In this document: positions 26,401 to 35,330 of the stretch, piece after piece
Layout: each line of letters begins with the position of its first letter
Position numbering within the stretch: position 1 is the first letter of the stretch
Notes under the pieces: generated by a model
The model's input: the letters and a program-made list of their open reading frames with translations, nothing else
Databases searched by the model: none
What the model was told of the DNA's origin: nothing
Position numbers and translations under genes: made by a program
DNA from: Eledone cirrhosa
Taxonomy: Eukaryota
DNA: 64,000 bases
Direction: 5' to 3'
NCBI GenBank assembly: GCA_964016885.1
Contig: OZ024748.1
Coordinates: 8,308,001 to 8,372,000 of the forward strand

Positions 26401-26872
26401 TATCCGCTAATCCCACACAGTCCCAGCGTGCATCTAAGATCCCGTTCCAGTCGCCCACTAACACTAAAGAGCGCGACGTTCCAAGAAAGGTCTCCAGACG
26501 CCGGAAGAAATCAGGCCGCCCTGCTCCTGTCGGGGCATAGACGGCCACTAGCCTGAAAGCTTGCCCGTCTCCGCTGGTCACGTCCAGCACCACCAGCTTA
26601 CCCTCTGGGTCCAGGAAGATGGCCCGTATGGCGAGATCCAAACCTCTCCGAAAAAGCACAGCAACTCCTCCACCCGATCCAGGACGGCTGGGAGATGCGT
26701 ACACATCGTAGCCGCCGAAGATCGGTGCGAAGGCCCGTGCTTCGGAGATTCTGGTCTCGCTGATGGCCACTACATCTATGTTTAGTGACCTGAGGTCGTT
26801 GAGCAGGTGACCCTGCTTCCATGACGACCCCAAGCCACGCGCATTTATGCTGCCTATTCTGAGTGAGGTCAT
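23453..26872 (-). CDS. LINE ORF2 (APE endonuclease + reverse transcriptase + C-terminal Cys/His zinc finger), 1139 aa, copy 1
   Basis: EN motifs GSINARG, ISET, VYAP, GDWN, SYLDR, TDH; RT motifs KSPGLDG, FRPITLLN, LDQSKAFDRVDH, RQGCPLS, YADD; C-terminal CPRC..ETVLHALVQC; GPGYWKLN linker typical of L1/Tx1. Confidence 0.96.
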   Translation of the reverse strand: MTSLRIGSINARGLGSSWKQGHLLNDLRSLNIDVVAISETRISEARAFAPIFGGYDVYASPSRPGSGGGVAVLFRRGLDLAIRAIFLDPEGKLVVLDVTSGDGQAFRLVAVYAPTGAGRPDFFRRLETFLGTSRSLVLVGDWNGILDARWDCVGLADRGGGCKSLTNLLRRFELSDRYRLDFPNVPMWTWTNRIGSSRSYLDRVFCREIDRSSIGCPQFKIVSYTDHKFVICVLDLDRLHRRGPGYWKLNASLPARKAYRDRISELVKRALTGAIVNNKWWFALKRAIRIESIRFSKALAIEKNRAEGELVRKLDEALSKGIATDVLAAKLALDQFFNAKHEGCVVRARVRALRHEGTKAVQWARVAEARRGNKATIRSLVDHDGRMLLDPGQMCEAFQRHFAQLFGGSGGPGRGMDFSVYLDGLPRLSATEAKCCEKPITAAEVREAMTGCTRGKSPGLDGLPYELYVQMPDLFGGLLADVYCNWQQNGRIPSSVSRGAVALLRKDPNKGDNIDNFRPITLLNTEFKILAKVLAKRLALVVGGLVGEAQTCAIPDRSIHDNLHLMRYIVERVAREPGTGGSLINLDQSKAFDRVDHRYLAAVLRAAGFGPVFRGWIAAMHSDICSVVRVNGHLSEPFNIMRSVRQGCPLSSLLYVLTLEPLLHKLETLRGVPRELGCGRSVSAYADDVTVVVSNAKHIEAIGTTLREYEAVTGAMINQEKSVGLQLGTWRGRSMPSNSVVGRWTDGPVKLLGVWFGPDLQTDKNWDEVTSRVASLTQKWAERKLSLKGRAEVANAYIASVICYRLTVVPCPKPRLTALERLLFRFLWKGRAPMVRRSICCQHPLRGGLGMPWLMMRRHALRLRHLHLFLDGDQVWSPFARRVFPQLVSLTELQSWVKRRPRGSAWRLECLQALTALDQSGNVIGGNSTSAFYRGLVEGKSDDVLGETLGVDENQLANLFGRTFGPGPMDNFQKSLAWQCYRGALPVRDKLYRHGGAVSRACPRCAQGDETVLHALVQCPKIADLWVYVEHLLSRLGRIQLSSESIVRIAPPSSFSREGQAVFICLVAMAKEIVWWTRLKGLKTSTYLFGDALIDFFKFHLKRKIRVEKEVLSSQHFVERWVREARMARVNGPTLSIYL

Positions 26873-26907
26873 GTTTAAAATAGAGTGGAAAAGATGGGAA
26901 AGACCAC

Positions 26908-29007
26908 TTACCGTATTTTTGGTAGAGGAGGGATGGTTTTTACATCCCTTTTCACTTGATCGTCTGGTGAAGGGACCGTTGAATCGTCCCTTCGGCTGGT
27001 CGTCGGCTCTTCTAAGAGAATGTCTGAATATACTCTTCGATTAATGGTTCCTCCTAGGTCCCTGAAATCACCAACTGCGTTGGGGAATTTCGTTTTAATG
27101 TTTGTGTATTGTTTCTGTGCTATTTTTAGCAGTCTTATGTTAGTTGGCGTTTTGATTGGTGCTGGTATTATGTAGTCCTGTTGTGAAATGTCTGTGTGTT
27201 CAATTATGTAAGTCATTAGTTTCTTGTTGTGTGTGTTTATTGCCGTGCATTTGTTTTTCTGGGGGTGGGGTGTGGTTCTGCTATTTTCTTGTCGTTGTTG
27301 CTGGGTGTGTGTGTTTTGTTGTTGTGTTTGCGATGTTGGTGCTTGTGGTGGTGGTGTTGAAGGTGTTGTTGGCGGTGGGGTTGTCGCCGGTGGTGATGGT
27401 GGTGCTGGTGTGGGTGGTGATGGTGTTGGTGGTGTTGCTGCTGTGGGTCTCTTTGCAGTAGACTTTACCCTTTTCTCATTTCTTTCCTCCCTTTTCAAAG
27501 GCGACGATGCGCTGCTTCTGCGTTTGTGCCTTCTTGAGACCTTTTGCCATCCCTCTCCCACCTCACACTCCATGTCTGATTCTGTAAGGTCGGGGAGGGG
27601 TACCAGCTCCACTCTTTCACTTGTTGTTGTTGGTGATGTTTGCACTGGAGTCTCTGTTGCAGCTGCATTTGGTATTGCTGTTGTTGTTGTTAATATTTCC
27701 ACTGCTGCTGCTGTCTTTGATTTCCGTGGAGTGGGTATGGGTGCCACGGACCTATCGTTCCTGGTTGCCGCTTGTCCTGTTGCTGGTAGCCGTGGAACCG
27801 GATTCGGGAGGAGGGGGGTTTTCTCCTTTCTCAGGGTCTTCTCGTTGCAGAAGGCCCTGAGGTGAGTCTTCGATCCACAGCGAAAGCATTTCGGGCGTTT
27901 GCCCTCAACACTTATGGGCAGTTGAGTGCCGTTATCGAAGTCTATCACATCCGGGATAGCTTCGATGCACTCCTGGTTGGTTTGTATTAGCATCTCAATG
28001 GAGGAGCCGACCCAATCTTCTCTTACTTTTTTCTGTACTTGCAGTACAGTTGTTTTGTCCTCGATTCCGACGAGGACAGACGCGGCCAGCCAAGAAGGGG
28101 TCATTCCGGGGGGGACGTGGGTCAGTTTGACCCTCACAATTTTTTGCCCGCAGTAGGAGGGCACCAACACCATTTCCTCGCTCCTTAGGGTCACTACTGA
28201 TTGGGCCTTTGCCTCCTGGGGTGTGGCAAAAAGTACGTCTACGGTGGCGTATTTTTTGCCTCGGGTGATGTGCGTTTTCCTCTGCCACACAGACCCCAAG
28301 GCTTTTTGTATTTGGGCCTCTGTGGCTCTTTCCACCCTACGGGATTTTGTACTTACTGTACGGTACGTGACCGTACAGTGCTCTTGGGTTTCGAAAAAAT
28401 TTTTCGCTGCCTTGCAGATTGCTCGGTGTCCGTTCTTTGTCACCATCTTCTTCGCTTCCTCTAATTCCTCATTTGTTATGAGGATTGTTTCCAGGTTTTT
28501 CGCAATACCTGCAAATGAGATTGGTTTTTCTCTGCTGTTGTTGTTGTCGTCAGAGCTGCTGGTACTTTTGTTGTTGCTGCAGGTACTACGACTACTGCCT
28601 CCGCCGCTGTTGCTGTGGTTGTTGTTGGTGTTGCTGCTGCTAATGGTGTTGTTGTTTATGCTGCTGGTGATGCTGTTGCGGCTGCTACTGTTGTTTTCAT
28701 TGTCACTGTTGCTGTTGTTATTACGGCTGCTACTGCTATTATTCCTGACGTCAGACGAATGAACTGGGTTTTCGTATTTCCCGCACACCTGTTTCGTCGC
28801 TGTCGTCGTCGTCGTGGAGAAACCTTGCACGCTTTGCACGAGACTTTTCTTTTCTTTCGTCGCTTGCGAAAGAGAAGGTAGGGAGAGAGACACATTTAAA
28901 GAAGGGAGGGAGAGAGACAATCTTCTCTCTCCTGTAGTGATGATTGAGGAAGAAGAAGACGGAATGAGTGGGAGTGACGTATGAAATTTTTTTTTTTTGG
29001 TAGCCAT
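26908..29007 (-). CDS. LINE ORF1 (gag-like nucleic-acid-binding protein), 699 aa from first ATG, copy 1
   Basis: CCHC knuckle CFRCGSKTHLRAFC (C-X2-C-X4-H-X4-C); N/S-rich N-terminus, Pro/Thr-rich C-terminal part, basic RRHKRR; first ATG (AACATGG) at 29007, whereas the ORF-track start at 29040 is a TTG. Confidence 0.9.
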   Translation of the reverse strand: MATKKKKFHTSLPLIPSSSSSIITTGERRLSLSLPSLNVSLSLPSLSQATKEKKSLVQSVQGFSTTTTTATKQVCGKYENPVHSSDVRNNSSSSRNNNSNSDNENNSSSRNSITSSINNNTISSSNTNNNHSNSGGGSSRSTCSNNKSTSSSDDNNNSREKPISFAGIAKNLETILITNEELEEAKKMVTKNGHRAICKAAKNFFETQEHCTVTYRTVSTKSRRVERATEAQIQKALGSVWQRKTHITRGKKYATVDVLFATPQEAKAQSVVTLRSEEMVLVPSYCGQKIVRVKLTHVPPGMTPSWLAASVLVGIEDKTTVLQVQKKVREDWVGSSIEMLIQTNQECIEAIPDVIDFDNGTQLPISVEGKRPKCFRCGSKTHLRAFCNEKTLRKEKTPLLPNPVPRLPATGQAATRNDRSVAPIPTPRKSKTAAAVEILTTTTAIPNAAATETPVQTSPTTTSERVELVPLPDLTESDMECEVGEGWQKVSRRHKRRSSASSPLKREERNEKRVKSTAKRPTAATPPTPSPPTPAPPSPPATTPPPTTPSTPPPQAPTSQTQQQNTHTQQQRQENSRTTPHPQKNKCTAINTHNKKLMTYIIEHTDISQQDYIIPAPIKTPTNIRLLKIAQKQYTNIKTKFPNAVGDFRDLGGTINRRVYSDILLEEPTTSRRDDSTVPSPDDQVKRDVKTIPPLPKIR

Positions 29008-29220
29008 GTTTTTTTGTTTAAAATGAAATTTTGGGTACAAAACCCCAATAACTGGCTATTTAACCCCGAAGGGCCAAATAACGGACAGAAAGACCCCTCT
29101 CACGAGGAGGAGGGTGTCTTTATCAACAATTTGGTTCAAGTTTTAAACAATTTACAATTGTTTTAACGGTTAAAAATTACTATACCTTACAGAGCCGAGC
29201 CTCCGTCAACCATGGCATTC
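29008..29220 (-). promoter_or_regulatory. LINE 5'UTR (213 nt; probable internal promoter / structured leader); same position in all six copies
   Basis: Lies between the element 5' end and the ORF1 ATG; multiple stem-loops including a cUUCGg-capped one; short uORF MVDGGSAL (29213-29187). Confidence 0.6.
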
Positions 29221-29252
<32 letters not shown>

Positions 29253-29512
29253 TTTCTTTATTAACCACAAGGGTTTACATAAAGTAGACATTAAGGACAG
29301 TGCAGGACAATGCAGGACGGTACAAATGGGCATTTCTGCGTGTAAAAAAACAAAAACAGAGGATGTAACAAAAATAACAATGAAAATAACAATGAAAAAT
29401 TCCCCAATAGGGGGGAGACTTCGGAGGGACATTTGTGGAGAAAGCCCAGTAAAAAGCCACAATGACCCTGACCACCAAGGCAAGTGCCCTCTCCCAGTTT
29501 TCCACCTTTAGT

Positions 29513-32500
29513 TTACAGATATATACTCAGAGTCGGCCCATTCACTCGGGCCATTCTTGCTTCTCTCACCCATCTTTCAACAAAATGCTGGGAAGAGAGC
29601 ACTTCCCTCTCTACTCTGATTTTCCTTTTCAAATGAAATTTGAAAAAGTCAATCAGAGCATCACCGAAGAGGTAAGTGCTCGTCTTCAGCCCTTTCAAAC
29701 GTGTCCACCATACTATCTCTTTCGCCATGGCCACCAGACAGATAAAAACTGCCTGCCCTTCCCGGCTAAAGGAGGAGGGCGGGGCAATCCTCACGATGGA
29801 CCCAGATGATAGCTGGATCCGTCCTAAACGCGACAGCAGGTGTTCGACATAAACCCACAAGTCAGCAATTTTCGGACACTGGACGAGTGCGTGCAGGACG
29901 GTTTCGTCGCCCTGCGCGCATCTCGGACATGCCCGGCTGACGGCACCTCCATGCCTGTAGAGTTTATCCCGAACTGGCAAGGCTCCTCGGTAGCACTGCC
30001 AGGCCAGAGATTTCTGGAAGTTGTCCATAGGCCCTGGCCCGAAAGTTCTTCCGAAGAGATTGGCTAGTTGATTTTCGTCGACGCCTAGAGTTTCCCCAAG
30101 TACGTCGTCGCTCTTCCCCTCCACTAATCCTCTATAGAACGCCGAGGTGGAGTTTCCACCGATCACATTGCCCGATTGGTCGAGGGCTGTGAGCGCCTGA
30201 AGACATTCCAGTCTCCAGGCGCTCCCTCTCGGTCTTCGCTTGACCCAGGACTGCAGCTCCGTCAAGGAAACGAGCTGGGGAAAAACGCGTCTAGCAAACG
30301 GCGACCACACCTGATCACCGTCGAGGAAGAGGTGGAGATGTCGTAGCCTGAGCGCGTGCCTGCGCATCATCAGCCACGGCATGCCCAGCCCTCCACGTAG
30401 CGGGTGTTGACAACAGATGGACCGCCTGACCATCGGAGCACGTCCCTTCCACAAAAAGCGAAAGAGCAAACGCTCCAGCGCAGTCAGGCGAGGCTTAGGA
30501 CAAGGTACGACGGTTAGGCGGTAGCAGATGACAGACGCGATGTACGCGTTAGCCACCTCCGCTCGACCTTTCAGGGATAGCTTCCTCTCCGCCCATTTCT
30601 GGGTGAGAGAAGCCACCCTGCTCGTCACCTCGTCCCAGTTTTTGTCCGTCTGGAGGTCCGGACCGAACCAGACCCCTAGCAATTTAACCGGTCCGTCCGT
30701 CCAGCGCCCGACGACGCTGTTGGACGGCATGGACCTGCCTCTCCAGGTGCCGAGCTGCAGGCCCACTGACTTTTCCTGGTTGATCATTGCTCCTGTCACC
30801 GCTTCGTATTCTCTTAGTGTAGTGCCGATCGCCTCGATGTGTTTGGCGTTCGACACCACTACGGTGACATCGTCCGCATATGCTGACACGGATCTTCCGC
30901 ATCCTAGTTCGCGCGGGACTCCCCTCAACGTCTCCAGTTTGTGCAGTAATGGCTCGAGAGTCAATACGTACAAGAGGGACGAGAGGGGACATCCTTGGCG
31001 GACCGAGCGCATGATGTTGAACGGTTCCGACAGGTGACCGTTCACTCTCACCACAGAGCAGATGTCGCTGTGCATGGCAGCGATCCAGCCTCTGAAGACG
31101 GGCCCAAAGCCAGCCGCCCTCAGGACTGCCGCTAGGTAACGATGGTCGACCCTATCGAAAGCTTTCGACTGATCTAAATTGATCAAGGACCCACCCGTGC
31201 CAGGTTCCCTAGCTACCCTCTCTACGATGTATCGCATGAGGTGGAGGTTGTCGTGGATGGATCTGTCGGGAATGGCGCATGTCTGCGCCTCTCCCACCAG
31301 ACCACCAACGACAAGCGCCAACCTCTTTGCTAGCACCTTGGCCAAAATCTTAAACTCTGTGTTTAGCAGAGTTATGGGCCGGAAATTGTCTATGTTATCC
31401 CCCTTGTTCGGATCCTTTCTCAGCAGTGCCACCGCTCCTCGGCTCACAGAACTGGGAATTCTCCCGTTCTGTTGCCAGTTGCAGTAGACGTCCGCCAAGA
31501 GGCCTCCGAACAAGTCTGGCATCTGTACGTAAAGTTCATAGGGCAGACCATCCAAACCAGGCGATTTACCCCTTGTGCAGCCAGTCATTGCCTCCCGTAC
31601 TTCAGCGGCTGTTATCGGCTTTTCGCAACACCTCGCCTCAGTGGCCGAGAGCCGCGGCAGCCCGTCGAGGTAGACACTAAAGTCCATCCCTCTACCCGGC
31701 CCCCCGCTGCCCCCGAACAGCTGAGCGAAGTGTCGCTGAAAAGCTTCACACATTTGCCCGGGATCGAGTAGCATGCGCCCGTCGTGGTCCACCAAAGACC
31801 GGATCGTGGCTTTGTTGCCACGACGCGCCTCCGCCACTCGGGCCCATTGAACGGCTTTCGTCCCCTCGTGTCTGAGAGCACGCACCCTAGCTCTGACAAC
31901 GCAGCCTTCGTGCTTTGCATTGAAGAATTGGTCAAGGGCCAATTTCGCCGCAAGCACGTCGGTCGCAATGCCTTTGCTAAGCGCCTCGTCTAATTTTCTA
32001 ACTAGTTCTCCCTCTGCTCTATTTTTCTCTATTGCTAAAGCCTTACTAAACCTAATCGATTCTATTCTAATCGCTCTTTTCAGAGCAAACCACCACTTGT
32101 TGTTGACGATGGCCCCCGTCAACGCCCGCTTAACTAGTTCGCTAATCCGGTCTCTGTAGGCCTTGCGCGCTGGTAAGGACGCGTTTAGCTTCCAGTAGCC
32201 GGGTCCTCGTCTATGAAGCCTATCTAAGTCAAGCACACAGATCACGAATTTGTGGTCCGTGTAGCTGACTATCTTGAATTGTGGACAGCCTATGCTAGAC
32301 CTATCTATTTCCCTACAAAATACTCTATCTAGATATGATCTGGATGACCCTATGCGGTTTGTCCAAGTCCACATTGGCACATTCGGGAAATCCAATCGGT
32401 ACCTGTCAGACAGTTCAAAACGCCTGAGCAGGTTGGTGAGGCTCTTGCACCCTCCACCCCTATCCGCTAATCCCACACAGTCCCAGCGTGCATCTAAGAT

Positions 32501-32932
32501 CCCGTTCCAGTCGCCCACTAACACTAAAGAGCGCGACGTTCCAAGAAAGGTCTCCAGACGCCGGAAGAAATCAGGCCGCCCTGCTCCTGTCGGGGCATAG
32601 ACGGCCACTAGCCTGAAAGCTTGCCCGTCTCCGCTGGTCACGTCCAGCACCACCAGCTTACCCTCTGGGTCCAGGAAGATGGCCCGTATGGCGAGATCCA
32701 AACCTCTCCGAAAAAGTACAGCAACTCCTCCACCGGATCCAGGACGGCTGGGAGATGCGTACACATCGTAGCCGCCGAAGATCGGTGCGAAGGCCCGTGC
32801 TTCGGAGATTCTGGTCTCGCTGATGGCCACTACATCTATGTTTAGTGACCTGAGGTCGTTGAGCAGGTGACCCTGCTTCCATGACGACCCCAAGCCACGC
32901 GCATTTATGCTGCCTATTCTGAGTGAGGTCAT
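29513..32932 (-). CDS. LINE ORF2 (EN-RT-ZnF), copy 2
   Basis: Intact 1139 aa; same motifs as copy 1. Confidence 0.96.
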   Translation of the reverse strand: MTSLRIGSINARGLGSSWKQGHLLNDLRSLNIDVVAISETRISEARAFAPIFGGYDVYASPSRPGSGGGVAVLFRRGLDLAIRAIFLDPEGKLVVLDVTSGDGQAFRLVAVYAPTGAGRPDFFRRLETFLGTSRSLVLVGDWNGILDARWDCVGLADRGGGCKSLTNLLRRFELSDRYRLDFPNVPMWTWTNRIGSSRSYLDRVFCREIDRSSIGCPQFKIVSYTDHKFVICVLDLDRLHRRGPGYWKLNASLPARKAYRDRISELVKRALTGAIVNNKWWFALKRAIRIESIRFSKALAIEKNRAEGELVRKLDEALSKGIATDVLAAKLALDQFFNAKHEGCVVRARVRALRHEGTKAVQWARVAEARRGNKATIRSLVDHDGRMLLDPGQMCEAFQRHFAQLFGGSGGPGRGMDFSVYLDGLPRLSATEARCCEKPITAAEVREAMTGCTRGKSPGLDGLPYELYVQMPDLFGGLLADVYCNWQQNGRIPSSVSRGAVALLRKDPNKGDNIDNFRPITLLNTEFKILAKVLAKRLALVVGGLVGEAQTCAIPDRSIHDNLHLMRYIVERVAREPGTGGSLINLDQSKAFDRVDHRYLAAVLRAAGFGPVFRGWIAAMHSDICSVVRVNGHLSEPFNIMRSVRQGCPLSSLLYVLTLEPLLHKLETLRGVPRELGCGRSVSAYADDVTVVVSNAKHIEAIGTTLREYEAVTGAMINQEKSVGLQLGTWRGRSMPSNSVVGRWTDGPVKLLGVWFGPDLQTDKNWDEVTSRVASLTQKWAERKLSLKGRAEVANAYIASVICYRLTVVPCPKPRLTALERLLFRFLWKGRAPMVRRSICCQHPLRGGLGMPWLMMRRHALRLRHLHLFLDGDQVWSPFARRVFPQLVSLTELQSWVKRRPRGSAWRLECLQALTALDQSGNVIGGNSTSAFYRGLVEGKSDDVLGETLGVDENQLANLFGRTFGPGPMDNFQKSLAWQCYRGALPVRDKLYRHGGAVSRACPRCAQGDETVLHALVQCPKIADLWVYVEHLLSRLGRIQLSSGSIVRIAPPSSFSREGQAVFICLVAMAKEIVWWTRLKGLKTSTYLFGDALIDFFKFHLKRKIRVEREVLSSQHFVERWVREARMARVNGPTLSIYL

Positions 32933-32967
32933 GTTTAAAATAGAGTGGAAAAGATGGGAAAGACCAC

Positions 32968-35067
32968 TTACCGTACTTTTGGTAGAGGAGGGATGGTTTT
33001 TACATCCCTTTTCACTTGATCGTCTGGTGAAGGGACCGTTGAATCGTCCCTTCGGCTGGTCGTCGGCTCTTCTAAGAGAATGTCTGAGTATACTCTTCGA
33101 TTGATGGTTCCTCCTAGGTCCCTGAAATCACCAACTGCGTTGGGGAATTTCGTTTTAATATTTGTGTATTGTTTCTGTGCTATTTTTAGCAGTCTTATGT
33201 TAGTTGGCGTTTTGATTGGTGCTGGTATTATGTAGTCCTGTTGTGAAATGTCTGTGTGTTCAATTATGTAAGTCATTAGTTTCTTGTTGTGTGTATTTAT
33301 TGCCGTGCATTTGTTTTTCTGGGGGTGGGGTGTGGTTCTACTATTTTCTTGTCGTTGTTGCTGGGTGTGTGTGTTTTGTTGTTGTGTTTGCGATGTTGGT
33401 GCTTGTGGTGGTGGTGTTGAAGGTGTTGTTGGCGGTGGGGTTGTCGCCGGTGGTGATGGTGGCGCTAGTGTGGGTGGTGATGGTGTTGGTGTTGTTGCTG
33501 CTGTGGGTCTCTTTGCAGTAGACTTTACCCTTTTCTCATTTCTTTCCTCCCTTTTCAAAGGCGACGATGCGCTGCTTCTGCGTTTGTGCCTTCTTGAGAC
33601 CTTTTGCCATCCCTCTCCCACCTCACACTCCATGTCTGATTCTGTAAGGTCGGGGAGGGGTACCAGCTCCACTCTTTCACTTGTTGTTGTTGGTGATGTT
33701 TGCACTGGAGTCTCTGTTGCAGCTGCATTTGGTATTGCTGTTGTTGTTGTTAATATTTCCACTGCTGCTGCTGTCTTTGATTTCCGTGGAGTGGGTATGG
33801 GTGCCACGGACCTATCGTTCCTGGTTGCCGCTTGTCCTGTTGCTGGTAGCCGTGGAACCGGATTCGGGAGGAGGGGGGTTTTCTCCTTTCTCAGGGTCTT
33901 CTCGTTGCAGAAGGCCCTGAGGTGAGTCTTCGATCCACAGCGAAAGCATTTCGGGCGTTTGCCCTCAACACTTATGGGCAGTTGAGTGCCGTTATCGAAG
34001 TCTATCACATCCGGGATAGCTTCGATGCACTCCTGGTTGGTTTGTATTAGCATCTCAATGGAGGAGCCGACCCAATCTTCTCTTACTTTTTTCTGTACTT
34101 GCAGTACAGTTGTTTTGTCCTCGATTCCGACGAGGACAGACGCGGCCAGCCAAGAAGGGGTCATTCCGGGGGGGACGTGGGTCAGTTTGACCCTCACAAT
34201 TTTTTGCCCGCAGTAGGAGGGCACCAACACCATTTCCTCGCTCCTTAGGGTCACTACTGATTGGGCCTTTGCCTCCTGGGGTGTGGCAAAAAGTACGTCT
34301 ACGGTGGCGTATTTTTTGCCTCGGGTGATGTGCGTTTTCCTCTGCCACACAGACCCCAAGGCTTTTTGTATTTGGGCCTCTGTGGCTCTTTCCACCCTAC
34401 GGGATTTTGTACTTACTGTACGGTACGTGACCGTACAGTGCTCTTGGGTTTCGAAAAAATTTTTCGCTGCCTTGCAGATTGCTCGGTGTCCGTTCTTTGT
34501 CACCATCTTCTTCGCTTCCTCTAATTCCTCATTTGTTATGAGGATTGTTTCCAGGTTTTTCGCAATACCTGCAAATGAGATTGGTTTTTCTCTGCTGTTG
34601 TTGTTGTCGTCAGAGCTGCTGGTACTTTTGTTGTTGCTGCAGGTACTACGACTACTGCCTCCGCCGCTGTTGCTGTGGTTGTTGTTGGTGTTGCTGCTGC
34701 TAATGGTGTTGTTGTTTATGCTGCTGGTGATGCTGTTGCGGCTGCTACTGTTGTTTTCATTGTCACTGTTGCTGTTGTTATTACGGCTGCTACTGCTATT
34801 ATTCCTGACGTCAGACGAATGAACTGGGTTTTCGTATTTCCCGCACACCTGTTTCGTCGCTGTCGTCGTCGTCGTGGAGAAACCTTGCACGCTTTGCACG
34901 AGACTTTTCTTTTCTTTCGTCGCTTGCGAAAGAGAAGGTAGGGAGAGAGACACATTTAAAGAAGGGAGGGAGAGAGACAATCTTCTCTCTCCTGTAGTGA
35001 TGATTGAGGAAGAAGAAGACGGAATGAGTGGGAGTGACGTATGAAATTTTTTTTTTTTGGTAGCCAT
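32968..35067 (-). CDS. LINE ORF1, copy 2
   Basis: Intact; CCHC knuckle; several private substitutions near the C-terminus (ends PKVR). Confidence 0.9.
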   Translation of the reverse strand: MATKKKKFHTSLPLIPSSSSSIITTGERRLSLSLPSLNVSLSLPSLSQATKEKKSLVQSVQGFSTTTTTATKQVCGKYENPVHSSDVRNNSSSSRNNNSNSDNENNSSSRNSITSSINNNTISSSNTNNNHSNSGGGSSRSTCSNNKSTSSSDDNNNSREKPISFAGIAKNLETILITNEELEEAKKMVTKNGHRAICKAAKNFFETQEHCTVTYRTVSTKSRRVERATEAQIQKALGSVWQRKTHITRGKKYATVDVLFATPQEAKAQSVVTLRSEEMVLVPSYCGQKIVRVKLTHVPPGMTPSWLAASVLVGIEDKTTVLQVQKKVREDWVGSSIEMLIQTNQECIEAIPDVIDFDNGTQLPISVEGKRPKCFRCGSKTHLRAFCNEKTLRKEKTPLLPNPVPRLPATGQAATRNDRSVAPIPTPRKSKTAAAVEILTTTTAIPNAAATETPVQTSPTTTSERVELVPLPDLTESDMECEVGEGWQKVSRRHKRRSSASSPLKREERNEKRVKSTAKRPTAATTPTPSPPTLAPPSPPATTPPPTTPSTPPPQAPTSQTQQQNTHTQQQRQENSRTTPHPQKNKCTAINTHNKKLMTYIIEHTDISQQDYIIPAPIKTPTNIRLLKIAQKQYTNIKTKFPNAVGDFRDLGGTINRRVYSDILLEEPTTSRRDDSTVPSPDDQVKRDVKTIPPLPKVR

Positions 35068-35280
35068 GTTTTTTTGTTTAAAATGAAATTTTGGGTACAA
35101 AACCCCAATAACTGGCTATTTAACCCCGAAGGGCCAAATAACGGACAGAAAGACCCCTCTCACGAGGAGGAGGGTGTCTTTATCAACAATTTGGTTCAAG
35201 TTTTAAACAATTTACAATTGTTTTAACGGTTAAAAATTACTATACCTTACAGAGCCGAGCCTCCGTCAACCATGGCATTC

Positions 35281-35330
<50 letters not shown>

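Larger units (their letters stand above)
23191..29220 (-). mobile_element. Full-length Tx1/L1-type non-LTR retrotransposon, copy 1 (6030 bp; tail 23158-23190)
   Basis: 5'UTR-ORF1-ORF2-3'UTR; AATAAA on minus strand (23197-23202) followed by an (ATT)11 tail. Confidence 0.95.
29251..35280 (-). mobile_element. Full-length Tx1/L1-type LINE, copy 2
   Basis: Same termini and ORFs as copy 1; (AAT)10 junction at 29221-29250. Confidence 0.95.

Noticed and set aside
27224-28881. Antisense ORFs (213 aa, 179 aa etc.) repeated in every LINE copy
   Set aside because: Shadow frames of low-complexity ORF1; their recurrence merely reflects copy identity.
29008-29040. 710-aa ORF1 start given in the ORF track
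   Set aside because: It is a TTG; the first ATG in good context is at 29007.
29187-29511. ORFs spanning the copy junctions (poly-Leu or poly-Asn)
   Set aside because: Created by the AAT tract and broken by the A7/A8 difference in copies 3 and 5.
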